Assembly (NCBI GenBank): GCA_964276515.1
Contig: OZ193909.1
Span: forward strand, 9,920,001 to 9,984,000
Direction of reading: 5' to 3'
DNA length: 64,000 bases
From: Gordius albopunctatus
Lineage: Eukaryota
The notes beneath the pieces are model-generated. The model worked only from the letters and a program-made list of their open reading frames with translations, made no database searches and had not been told where the DNA came from. Below are positions 1 to 13,400 of this stretch, one piece after another. The position numbers and the translations under genes are program-made. The number at the start of each line of letters is the position of its first letter. Position 1 is the first letter of the stretch.

Positions 1-3000
1 TTCAACAATATAGCCGTCATGAAAGTTTTTGATATCAGAGGTCAATTAGTGAAAAAATTTTTTGATCAGTCCTCAAAATTTTTTAACTTTAAATCACGAT
101 CATAAGAGTTTGTTTCACAAAAACTAGAGACACGCTTAGAAAGCGATTTTGAAACAATCTAAAAACGCAACACGAAAAGTTTAGTTTCTCTCAATCTAAA
201 ACCTCCCTTCGTGCAAAAATTATCATACGGATTCTAACAAGGACATAATGCTAAGAATATTTACAAACTTTTAAAGATTCTTTCAGCCCCCTTTTGATAG
301 AATATGAAAAAAAATATTTTTTTCGACCTAAAAATTTTTTCAATTTTTTTGTTCAACAATATAGCCGTCATGAAAGTTTTTGATATCAGAGGTCAATTAG
401 TGAAAAAATTTTTTGATCAGTCCTCAAAAGTTTTTAACTTTAAATCACGATCAAATAAGAGTTTGTTTCTCAAAAACTAGAGACACGCTTAGAAAGCGAT
501 TTTGAAACAATCTAAACGCAACACGAAAAGTTTAGTTTCTCTCAATCTAAAACCTCCTTTCGTGCAAAAATTCTTCTCGGGATTCTAACAAGGACATAAT
601 GCTAAGAATATTTACTAACTTTTAAAGATTCTTTCAGCCCCCTTTCGAAAGAATATGAAAATAAATATTTTTTTCGACCTCAGAATGTTTCAATTTTTTT
701 GTTCAACAATATAGCCGTCATGAAAGTTTTTGATATCAGAGGTCAATTAGTGAAAAAATTTTTTGATCAGTCCTCAAAATTTTTTAACTTTAAATCACGA
801 TCATAAGAGTTTGTTTCACAAAAACTAGAGACACGCTTAGAAAGCGATTTTGAAACAATCTAAACACAACACGAAAAGTTTACTTTCTGTCAATCTAAAA
901 CTTCCCCCCGTGCAAAAATTCTTCTCGGGATTCTAACAAGGACATAATGCTAAGAATATTTACAAACTTTTAAAGATTCTTTACCCCCTTTCGAAAGAAT
1001 ATGAAAATAAATATTTTTTTCGACCTCAAAATGTTTCAATTTTTTTGTTCAACAATATAGCCGTCATGAAAGTTTTTGATATCAGAGGTCAACTAGTGAA
1101 AAAATTTTTTGATCAGTCCTCAAAAGTTTTTAACTTTAAATCACGATCAAATAAGAGTTTGTTTCTCAAAAACTAGAGACACGCTTAGAAAGCGATTTTG
1201 AAACAATCTAAACGCAACACGAAAAGTTTAGTTTCTCTCAATCTAAAACCTCCCTTCGTGCAAAAATTATCATACGAATTCTAACAAGGACATAATGCTA
1301 AGAATATTTACAAACTTTTAAAGATTCTTTCAGCCCCCTTTTGATAGAATATGAAAAAAAATATTTTTTTCGACCTAAAAATTTTTTCAATTTTTTTGTT
1401 CAACAATATAGCCGTCATGAAAGTTTTTGATATCAGAGGTCAATTAGTGAAAAAATTTTTTGATCAGTCCTCAAAAGTTTTTAACTTTAAATCACGATCA
1501 AATAAGAGTTTGTTTCTCAAAAACTAGAGACACGCTTAGAAAGCGATTTTGAAACAATCTAAACGCAACACGAAAAGTTTAGTTTCTCTCAATCTAAAAC
1601 CTCCTTTCGTGCAAAAATTCTTCTCGGGATTCTAACAAGGACATAATGCTAAGAATATTTACTAACTTTTAAAGATTCTTTCAGCCCCCTTTCGAAAGAA
1701 TATGAAAATAAATATTTTTTTCGACCTCAGAATGTTTCAATTTTTTTGTTCAACAATATAGCCGTCATGAAAGTTTTTGATATCAGAGGTCAATTAGTGA
1801 AAAAATTTTTTGATCAGTCCTCAAAAGTTTTTAACTTTAAATCACGATCATAAGAGTTTGTTTCACAAAAACTAGAGACACGCTTAGAAAGCGATTTTGA
1901 AACAATCTAAACACAACACGAAAAGTTTACTTTCTGTCAATCTAAAACTTCCCCCCGTGCAAAAATTCTTCTCGGGATTCTAACAAGGACATAATGCTAA
2001 GAATATTTACAAACTTTTAAAGATTCTTTCAGCCCCCTTTTGATAGAATATGAAAAAAAATATTTTTTTCGACCTCAAAATGTTTCAATTTTTTTGTTCA
2101 ACAATATAGCCGTCATGAAAGTTTTTATATCAGAGGTCAACTAGTGAAAAAATTTTTTGATCAGTCCTCAAAAGTTTTTAACTTTAAATCACGATCAAAT
2201 AAGAGTTTGTTTCTCAAAAACTAGAGACACGCTTAGAAAGCGATTTTGAAACAATCTAAACGCAACACGAAAAGTTTAGTTTCTCTCAATCTAAAACCTC
2301 CTTTCGTGCAAAAATTATCATACGGATTCTAACAAGGACATAATGCTAAGAATATTTACTAACTTTTAAAGATTCTTTACCCCCTTTCGAAAGAATATGA
2401 AAATAAATATTTTTTTCGACCTCAAAATGTTTCAATTTTTTTGTTCAACAATATAGCTGTCATGAAAGTTTTTGATATCAGAGGTCAACTAGTGAAAAAA
2501 TTTTTTGATCAGTCCTCAAAAGTTTTTAACTTTAAATCACGATCAAATAAGAGTTTGTTTCTCAAAAACTAGAGACACGCTTAGAAAGCGATTTTGAAAC
2601 AATCTAAACGCAACACGAAAAGTTTAGTTTCTCTCAATCTAAAACCTCCCTTCGTGCAAAAATTATCATACGGATTCTAACAAGGACATAATGCTAAGAA
2701 TATTTACAAACTTTTAAAGATTCTTTCAGCCCCCTTTTGATAGAATATGAAAAAAAATATTTTTTTCGACCTAAAAATTTTTTCAATTTTTTTGTTCAAC
2801 AATATAGCCGTCATGAAAGTTTTTGATATCAGAGGTCAATTAGTGAAAAAATTTTTTGATCAGTCCTCAAAAGTTTTTAACTTTAAATCACGATCAAATA
2901 AGAGTTTGTTTCTCAAAAACTAGAGACACGCTTAGAAAGCGATTTTGAAACAATCTAAACGCAACACGAAAAGTTTAGTTTCTCTCAATCTAAAACCTCC

Positions 3001-6000
3001 TTTCGTGCAAAAATTCTTCTCGGGATTCTAACAAGGACATAATGCTAAGAATATTTACTAACTTTTAAAGATTCTTTCAGCCCCCTTTCGAAAGAATATG
3101 AAAATAAATATTTTTTTCGACCTCAGAATGTTTCAATTTTTTTGTTCAACAATATAGCCGTCATGAAAGTTTTTGATATCAGAGGTCAATTAGTGAAAAA
3201 ATTTTTTGATCAGTCCTCAAAATTTTTTAACTTTAAATCACGATCATAAGAGTTTGTTTCACAAAAACTAGAGACACGCTTAGAAAGCGATTTTGAAACA
3301 ATCTAAACACAACACGAAAAGTTTACTTTCTGTCAATCTAAAACTTCCCCCCGTGCAAAAATTCTTCTCGGGATTCTAACAAGGACATAATGCTAAGAAT
3401 ATTTACAAACTTTTAAAGATTCTTTCAGCCCCCTTTTGATAGAATATGAAAAAAAATATTTTTTTCGACCTCAAAATGTTTAAATTTTTTTGTTCAACAA
3501 TATAGCCGTCATGAAAGTTTTTATATCAGAGGTCAACTAGTGAAAAAATTTTTTGATCAGTCCTCAAAAGTTTTTAACTTTAAATCACGATCAAATAAGA
3601 GTTTGTTTCTCAAAAACTAGAGACACGCTTAGAAAGCGATTTTGAAACAATCTAAACGCAACACGAAAAGTTTAGTTTCTCTCAATCTAAAACCTCCTTT
3701 CGTGCAAAAATTATCATACGGATTCTAACAAGGACATAATGCTAAGAATATTTACTAACTTTTAAAGATTCTTTACCCCCTTTCGAAAGAATATGAAAAT
3801 AAATATTTTTTTCGACCTCAAAATGTTTCAATTTTTTTGTTCAACAATATAGCCGTCATGAAAGTTTTTGATATCAGAGGTCAACTAGTGAAAAAATTTT
3901 TTGATCAGTCCTCAAAAGTTTTTAACTTTAAATCACGATCAAATAAGAGTTTGTTTCTCAAAAACTAGAGACACGCTTAGAAAGCGATTTTGAAACAATC
4001 TAAACGCAACACGAAAAGTTTAGTTTCTCTCAATCTAAAACCTCCTTTCGTGCAAAAATTATCATACGGATTCTAACAAGGACATAATGCTAAGAATATT
4101 TACTAACTTTTAAAGATTCTTTACCCCCTTTCGAAAGAATATGAAAATAAATATTTTTTTCGACCTCAAAATGTTTCAATTTTTTTGTTCAACAATATAG
4201 CCGTCATGAAAGTTTTTGATATCAGAGGTCAACTAGTGAAAAAATTTTTTGATCAGTCCTCAAAAGTTTTTAACTTTAAATCATGATCAAATAAGAGTTT
4301 GTTTCTCAAAAACTAGAGACACGCTTAGAAAGCGATTTTGAAACAATCTAAACGCAACACGAAAAGTTTAGTTTCTCTCAATCTAAAACCTCCCTTCGTG
4401 CAAAAATTATCATACGGATTCTAACAAGGACATAATGCTAAGAATATTTACAAACTTTTAAAGATTCTTTCAGCCCCCTTTTGATAGAATATGAAAAAAA
4501 ATATTTTTTTCGACCTAAAAATTTTTTCAATTTTTTTGTTCAACAATAAAGCCGTCATGAAAGTTTTCGATATCTGAGGTCAATTAGTGAAAAAAATTTT
4601 TGATTAGTCCTCAAATTTTTTTAACTTTAAATCACGATCAAATAAGAGTTTGTTTCTCAAAAACTAGAGACACGCTTAGAAAGCGATTTTGAAACAATCT
4701 AAACGCAACACGAAAAGTTTAGTTTCTCTCAATCTAAAACCTCCCTTCGTGCAAAAATTATCATACGGATTCTAACAAGGACATAAAGCTAAGAATATTT
4801 ACAAACTTTTAAAGATTCTTTCAGCCCCCTTTCGAAAGAATATGAAAATAAATATTTTTTTCGACCTCAAAATGTTTCAATTTTTTTGTTCAACAATATA
4901 GCCGTCATGAAAGTTTTTGATATCAGAGGTCAACTAGTGAAAAAATTTTTTGATCAGTCCTCAAAAGTTTTTAACTTTAAATCACGATCAAATAAGAGTT
5001 TGTTTCTCAAAAACTAGAGACACGCTTAGAAAGCGATTTTGAAACAATCTAAACGCAACACGAAAAGTTTAGTTTCTCTCAATCTAAAACCTCCCTTCGT
5101 GCAAAAATTATCATACGGATTCTAACAAGGACATAATGCTAAGAATATTTACAAACTTTTAAATATTCTTTCAGCCCCCTTTTGATAGAATATGAAAAAA
5201 AATATTTTTTTCGACCTCAAAATGTTTCAATTTTTTTGTTCAACAATCTAGCCGTCATGAAAGTTTTTGATATCAGAGGTCAACTAGTGAAAAAATTTTT
5301 TGATCAGTCCTCAAAAGTTTTTAACTTTAAATCACGATCAAATAAGAGTTTGTTTCTCAAAAACTAGAGACACGCTTAGAAAGCGATTTTGAAACAATCT
5401 AAACGCAACACGAAAAGTTTAGTTTCTCTCAATCTAAAACCTCCTTTCGTGCAAAAATTATTATACGGATTCTAACAAGGACATAATGCTAAGAATATTT
5501 ACTAACTTTTAAAGATTCTTTCAGCCCCCTTTCGAAAGAATATGAAAAAAAATATTTTTTTCGACCTCAAAATGTTTCAATTTTTTTGTTCAACAATATA
5601 GCCGTCATGAAAGTTTTTGATATCAGAGGTCAACTAGTGAAAAAATTTTTTGATCAGTCCTCAAAAGTTTTTAACTTTAAATCACGATCAAATAAGAGTT
5701 TGTTTCTCAAAAACTAGAGACACGCTTAGAAAGCGATTTTGAAACAATCTAAATGCAACACGAAAAGTTTAGTTTCTCTCAATCTAAAACCTCCTTTCGT
5801 GCAAAAATTATCATACGGATTCTAACAAGGACATAATGCTAAGAATATTTACTAACTTTTAAAGATTCTTTCAGCCCCCTTTCGAAAGAATATGAAAATA
5901 AATATTTTTTTCGACCTCAAAATGTTTCAATTTTTTTGTTCAACAATATAGCCGTCATGAAAGTTTTTGATATCAGAGGTCAACTAGTGAAAAAATTTTT

Positions 6001-9000
6001 TGATCAGTCCTCAAAAGTTTTTAACTTTAAATCACGATCAAATAAGAGTTTGTTTCTCAAAAACTAGAGCCACGCTTAGAAAGCGATTTTGAAACAATCT
6101 AAACGCAACACGAAAAGTTTAGTTTCTCTCAATCTAAAACCTCCCTTCGTGCAAAAATTATCATACGGATTCTAACAAGGACATAATGCTAAGAATATTT
6201 ACAAACTTTTAAAGATTCTTTCAGCCCCCTTTTGATAGAATATGAAAAAAAATATTTTTTTCGACCTAAAAATTTTTTCAATTTTTTTGTTCAACAATAA
6301 AGCCGTCATGAAAGTTTTCGATATCTGAGGTCAATTAGTGAAAAAAATTTTTGATTAGTCCTCAAATTTTTTTAACTTTAAATCACGATCAAATAAGAGT
6401 TTGTTTCTCAAAAACTAGAGACACGCTTAGAAAGCGATTTTGAAACAATCTAAACGCAACACGAAAAGTTTAGTTTCTCTCAATCTAAAACCTCCCTTCG
6501 TGCAAAAATTATCATACGGATTCTAACAAGGACATAAAGCTAAGAATATTTACAAACTTTTAAAGATTCTTTCAGCCCCCTTTCGAAAGAATATGAAAAT
6601 AAATATTTTTTTCGACCTCAAAATGTTTCAATTTTTTTGTTCAACAATATAGCCGTCATGAAAGTTTTTGATATCAGAGGTCAACTAGTGAAAAAATTTT
6701 TTGATCAGTCCTCAAAAGTTTTTAACTTTTAATCATGATCAAATAAGAATTTGTTTCTCAAAAACTAGAGACACGCTTAGAAAGCGATTTTGAAACAATC
6801 TAAACGCAACACGAAAAGTTTAGTTTCTCTCAATCTAAAACCTCCCTTCGTGCAAAAATTATCATACGGATTCTAACAAGGACATAATGCTAAGAATATT
6901 TACAAACTTTTAAAGATTCTTTCAGCCCCCTTTTGATAGAATATGAAAAAAAATATTTTTTTCGACCTAAAAATTTTTTCAATTTTTTTGTTCAACAATA
7001 AAGCCGTCATGAAAGTTTTCGATATCTGAGGTCAATTAGTGAAAAAAATTTTTGATTAGTCCTCAAATTTTTTTAACTTTAAATCACGATCAAATAAGAG
7101 TTTGTTTCTCAAAAACTAGAGACACGCTTAGAAAGCGATTTTGAAACAATCTAAACGCAACACGAAAAGTTTAGTTTCTCTCAATCTAAAACCTCCCTTC
7201 GTGCAAAAATTATCATACGGATTCTAACAAGGACATAAAGCTAAGAATATTTACAAACTTTTAAAGATTCTTTCAGCCCCCTTTCGAAAGAATATGAAAA
7301 TAAATATTTTTTTCGACCTCAAAATGTTTCAATTTTTTTGTTCAACAATATAGCCGTCATGAAAGTTTTTGATATCAGAGGTCAACTAGTGAAAAAATTT
7401 TTTGATCAGTCCTCAAAAGTTTTTAACTTTAAATCACGATCAAATAAGAGTTTGTTTCTCAAAAACTAGAGACACGCTTAGAAAGCGATTTTGAAACAAT
7501 CTAAACGCAACACGAAAAGTTTAGTTTCTCTCAATCTAAAACCTCCCTTCGTGCAAAAATTATCATACGGATTCTAACAAGGACATAATGCTAAGAATAT
7601 TTACAAACTTTTAAATATTCTTTCAGCCCCCTTTTGATAGAATATGAAAAAAAATATTTTTTTCGACCTCAAAATGTTTCAATTTTTTTGTTCAACAATC
7701 TAGCCGTCATGAAAGTTTTTGATATCAGAGGTCAACTAGTGAAAAAATTTTTTGATCAGTCCTCAAAAGTTTTTAACTTTAAATCACGATCAAATAAGAG
7801 TTTGTTTCTCAAAAACTAGAGACACGCTTAGAAAGCGATTTTGAAACAATCTAAACGCAACACGAAAAGTTTAGTTTCTCTCAATCTAAAACCTCCTTTC
7901 GTGCAAAAATTATTATACGGATTCTAACAAGGACATAATGCTAAGAATATTTACTAACTTTTAAAGATTCTTTCAGCCCCCTTTCGAAAGAATATGAAAA
8001 AAAATATTTTTTTCGACCTCAAAATGTTTCAATTTTTTTGTTCAACAATATAGCCGTCATGAAAGTTTTTGATATCAGAGGTCAACTAGTGAAAAAATTT
8101 TTTGATCAGTCCTCAAAAGTTTTTAACTTTAAATCACGATCAAATAAGAGTTTGTTTCTCAAAAACTAGAGACACGCTTAGAAAGCGATTTTGAAACAAT
8201 CTAAATGCAACACGAAAAGTTTAGTTTCTCTCAATCTAAAACCTCCTTTCGTGCAAAAATTATCATACGGATTCTAACAAGGACATAATGCTAAGAATAT
8301 TTACTAACTTTTAAAGATTCTTTCAGCCCCCTTTCGAAAGAATATGAAAATAAATATTTTTTTCGACCTCAAAATGTTTCAATTTTTTTGTTCAACAATA
8401 TAGCCGTCATGAAAGTTTTTGATATCAGAGGTCAACTAGTGAAAAAATTTTTTGATCAGTCCTCAAAAGTTTTTAACTTTAAATCACGATCAAATAAGAG
8501 TTTGTTTCTCAAAAACTAGAGCCACGCTTAGAAAGCGATTTTGAAACAATCTAAACGCAACACGAAAAGTTTAGTTTCTCTCAATCTAAAACCTCCCTTC
8601 GTGCAAAAATTATCATACGGATTCTAACAAGGACATAAAGCTAAGAATATTTACAAACTTTTAAAGATTCTTTCAGCCCCCTTTCGAAAGAATATGAAAA
8701 TAAATATTTTTTTCGACCTCAAAATGTTTCAATTTTTTTGTTCAACAATATAGCCGTCATGAAAGTTTTTGATATCAGAGGTCAACTAGTGAAAAAATTT
8801 TTTGATCAGTCCTCAAAAGTTTTTAACTTTTAATCATGATCAAATAAGAATTTGTTTCTCAAAAACTAGAGACACGCTTAGAAAGCGATTTTGAAACAAT
8901 CTAAACGCAACACGAAAAGTTTAGTTTCTCTCAATCTAAAACCTCCCTTCGTGCAAAAATTATCATACGGATTCTAACAAGGACATAATGCTAAGAATAT

Positions 9001-10440
9001 TTACAAACTTTTAAAGATTCTTTCAGCCCCCTTTTGATAGAATATGAAAAAAAATATTTTTTTCGACCTAAAAATTTTTTCAATTTTTTTGTTCAACAAT
9101 ATAGCCGTCATGAAAGTTTTCGATATCTGAGGTCAATTAGTGAAAAAATTTTTTCATCAGTCCTCAAATTTTTTTAACTTTAAATCACGATCAAATAAGA
9201 GTTTGTTTCTCAAAAACTAGAGACACGCTTAGAAAGCGATTTTGAAACAATCTAAACGCAACACGAAAAGTTTAGTTTCTCTCAATCTAAAACCTCCCTT
9301 CGTGCAAAAATTATCATACGGATTCTAACAAGGACATAAAGCTAAGAATATTTACAAACTTTTAAAGATTCTTTGGCCCCCTTTTGATAGAATATGAAAA
9401 AAAATATTTATCGACCTAAAAATTTTTTCAATTTTTTTGTTCAACAATAAAGCCGTCATGAAAGTTTTTGATATCAGAGGTCAATTAGTGAAAAAATTTT
9501 TTGATCAGTCCTCAAAAGTTTTTAACTTTAAATCACGATCAAATAAGAGTTTGTTTCTCAAAAACTAGAGACACGCTTAGAAAGCGATTTTGAAACAATC
9601 TAAACGCAACACGAAAAGTTTAGTTTCTCTCAATCTAAAACCTCCTTTCGTGCAAAAATTCTTCTCGGGATTCTAACAAGGACATAATGCTAAGAATATT
9701 TACTAACTTTTAAAGATTTTTTCATCCCCCTTTCAAAAGAATAGGAAAATAAATATTTTTTTTGACCTAAAAATGTTTCAATTTTTTTGTTCAACAATAT
9801 AGCCGTCATGAAAGTTTTTGATATCAGAGGTCAATTAGTGAAAAAAATTTTTCATCAGTCCTCAAAATTTTTTAACTTTAAATCACGATCAATAGAGTTT
9901 GTTTCTGAAAAACTAGAGACAAGCTTAGAAAGCGATTTTGAAAAAATCTAAACGCAACACGAAAAGTTTACTTTCTGTCAATCTAAAACTTCCCCCCGTG
10001 CAAAAATTCTTCTCGGGATTCTAACAAGGACATAATGCTAAGAATATTTACAAACTTTTAAAGATTCTTTCAGCCCCCTTTTGATAGAATATGAAAAAAA
10101 ATATTTTTTTCGACCTCAAAATGTTTCAATTTTTTTGTTCAACAATATAGCCGTCATGAAAGTTTTTGATATCAGAGGTCAACTAGTGAAAAAATTTTTT
10201 GATCAGTCCTCAAAAGTTTTTAACTTTAAATCACGATCAAATAAGAGTTTGTTTCTCAAAAACTAGAGACACGCTTAGAAAGCGATTTTGAAACAATCTA
10301 AACGCAACACGAAAAGTTTAGTTTCTCTCAATCTAAAACCTCCCTTCGTGCAAAAATTATCATACGGATTCTAACAAGGACATAATGCTAAGAATATTTA
10401 CAAACTTTTAAAGATTCTTTCAGCCCCCTTTTGATAGAAT
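1..10440 (+). repeat. Satellite A subfamily A1 block (full-length 346-351-bp monomers only)
   Basis: Diagnostic alleles GTTTTTAAC, AATAAGAG, CATAATGCT and CGACCT. No 76-bp deletion monomer occurs before 10675. The right boundary is approximate. Confidence 0.9.
4250..8630 (+). repeat. 7-monomer HOR of satellite A, period 2452 bp (~1.8 copies)
   Basis: Private variants recur 2452 bp apart: TCATGATC 4281/6733, AAATATTCTT 5161/7613, AAATGCAAC 5751/8203, and identical ORFs at 5182/7634. Ends are approximate. Confidence 0.9.
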
Positions 10441-13400
10441 ATGAAAAAAAATATTTTTTTCGACCTAAAAATTTTTGGAATTTTTTTGTTCAACAATATA
10501 GCCGTCATGAAAGTTTTTGATATCAGAGGTCAATTAGTGAAAAATTTTTTGATCAGTCCTCAAAAATTATTAACTTTAAATCACGATCAAAAAAAGTTTC
10601 TTTCACAAAAACTAGAGACACGCTTAGAAAGCGATTTTGAAACAATCTAAACGCAACACGAAAAGTTTAGTTTCTAAATTTTAAAGATTTTTTCATCCCC
10701 CTTTCGAAAGAATAGGAAAATAAATATTTTTTTCGACATCAAAATTTTTTCAATTTTTTTGTTCAACAATATAGCCGTCATGAAAGTTTTTGATATCAGA
10801 GGTCAATTAGTGAAAAATGTTTTGATCAGTCCTCAAAAATTATTAACTTTAAATCACGATCAAATAGAGTTTTTTTCTCAAAAACTAGAGACACGTTTAG
10901 AAAGCGATTTTGAAAAAATCTAAACGCAACACGAAAAGTTTAGTTTCTCTCAATCTAAAACCTCACCCCGTGCAAAAATTCTTCTCGGGATTCTAACAAG
11001 GACATAATGCTAAGAATATTTACAAACTTTTAAAGATTCTTTCAGCCCCCTTTTGATAGAATATGAAAAAAATATTTTTTTCGACCTCAAAATGTTTCAA
11101 TTTTTTTGTTCAACAATATAGCCGTCATGAAAGTTTTTGATATCAGAGGTCAACTAGTGAAAAAATTTTTTGATCAGTCCTCAAAAGTTTTTAACTTTAA
11201 ATCACGATCAAATAAGAGTTTGTTTCTCAAAAACTAGAGACACGCTTAGAAAGCGATTTTGAAACAATCTAAACGCAACACGAAAAGTTTAGTTTCTCTC
11301 AATCTAAAACCTCCCTTCGTGCAAAAATTATCATACGGATTCTAACAAGGACATAATGCTAAGAATATTTACAAACTTTTAAAGATTCTTTCAGCCCCCT
11401 TTTGATAGAATATGAAAAAAAATATTTTTTTCGACCTAAAAATTTTTTCAATTTTTTTGTTCAACAATATAGCCGTCATGAAAGTTTTTGATATCAGAGG
11501 TCAATTAGTGAAAATTTTTTTGATCAGTCCTCAAAAATTATTAACTTTAAATCACGATCAAAAAAAGTTTCTTTCACAAAAACTAGAGACACGCTTAGAA
11601 AGCGATTTTGAAACAATCTAAACGCAACACGAAAAGTTTAGTTTCTAAATTTTAAAGATTTTTTCATCCCCCTTTCGAAAGAATAGGAAAATAAATATTT
11701 TTTTCGACATCAAAATTTTTTCAATTTTTTTGTTCAACAATATAGCCGTCATGAAAGTTTTTGATATCAGAGGTCAATTAGTGAAAAATGTTTTGATCAG
11801 TCCTCAAAAATTATTAACTTTAAATCACGATCAAATAGAGTTTGTTTCTCAAAAACTAGAGACACGTTTAGAAAGCGATTTTGAAAAAATCTAAACGCAA
11901 CACGAAAAGTTTAGTTTCTCTCAATCTAAAACCTCACCCCGTGCAAAAATTCTTCTCGGGATTCTAACAAGGACATAATGCTAAGAATATTTACAAACTT
12001 TTAAAGATTCTTTCAGCCCCCTTTTGATTGAATATGAAAAAAATATTTTTTTCGACCTCAAAATGTTTCAATTTTTTTGTTCAACAATATAGCCGTCATG
12101 AAAGTTTTTGATATCAGAGGTCAACTAGTGAAAAAATTTTTTGATCAGTCCTCAAAAGTTTTTAACTTTAAATCACGATCAAATAAGAGTTTGTTTCTCA
12201 AAAACTAGAGACACGCTTAGAAAGCGATTTTGAAACAATCTAAACGCAACACGAAAAGTTTAGTTTCTCTCAATCTAAAACCTCCCTTCGTGCAAAAATT
12301 ATCATACGGATTCTAACAAGGACATAAAGCTAAGAATATTTACAAACTTTTAAAGATTCTTTCAGCCCCCTTTCGAAAGAATATGAAAATAAATATTTTT
12401 TTCGACCTCAAAATGTTTCAATTTTTTTGTTCAACAATATAGCCGTCATGAAAGTTTTTGATATCAGAGGTCAACTAGTGAAAAAATTTTTTGATCAGTC
12501 CTCAAAAGTTTTTAACTTTTAATCATGATCAAATAAGAATTTGTTTCTCAAAAACTAGAGACACGCTTAGAAAGCGATTTTGAAACAATCTAAACGCAAC
12601 ACGAAAAGTTTAGTTTCTCTCAATCTAAAACCTCCCTTCGTGCAAAAATTATCATACGGATTCTAACAAGGACATAATGCTAAGAATATTTACAAACTTT
12701 TAAAGATTCTTTCAGCCCCCTTTTGATAGAATATGAAAAAAAATATTTTTTTCGACCTAAAAATTTTTTCAATTTTTTTGTTCAACAATATAGCCGTCAT
12801 GAAAGTTTTCTATATCTGAGGTCAATTAGTGAAAAAATTTTTTCATCAGTCCTCAAATTTTTTTAACTTTAAATCACGATCAAATAAGAGTTTGTTTCTC
12901 AAAAACTAGAGACACGCTTAGAAAGCGATTTTGAAACAATCTAAACGCAACACGAAAAGTTTAGTTTCTCTCAATCTAAAACCTCCCTTCGTGCAAAAAT
13001 TATCATACGGATTCTAACAAGGACATAAAGCTAAGAATATTTACAAACTTTTAAAGATTCTTTGGCCCCCTTTTGATAGAATATGAAAAAAAATATTTAT
13101 CGACCTAAAAATTTTTTCAATTTTTTTGTTCAACAATAAAGCCGTCATGAAAGTTTTTGATATCAGAGGTCAATTAGTGAAAAAATTTTTTGATCAGTCC
13201 TCAAAAGTTTTTAACTTTAAATCACGATCAAATAAGAGTTTGTTTCTCAAAAACTAGAGACACGCTTAGAAAGCGATTTTGAAACAATCTAAACGCAACA
13301 CGAAAAGTTTAGTTTCTCTCAATCTAAAACCTCCTTTCGTGCAAAAATTCTTCTCGGGATTCTAACAAGGACATAATGCTAAGAATATTTACTAACTTTT

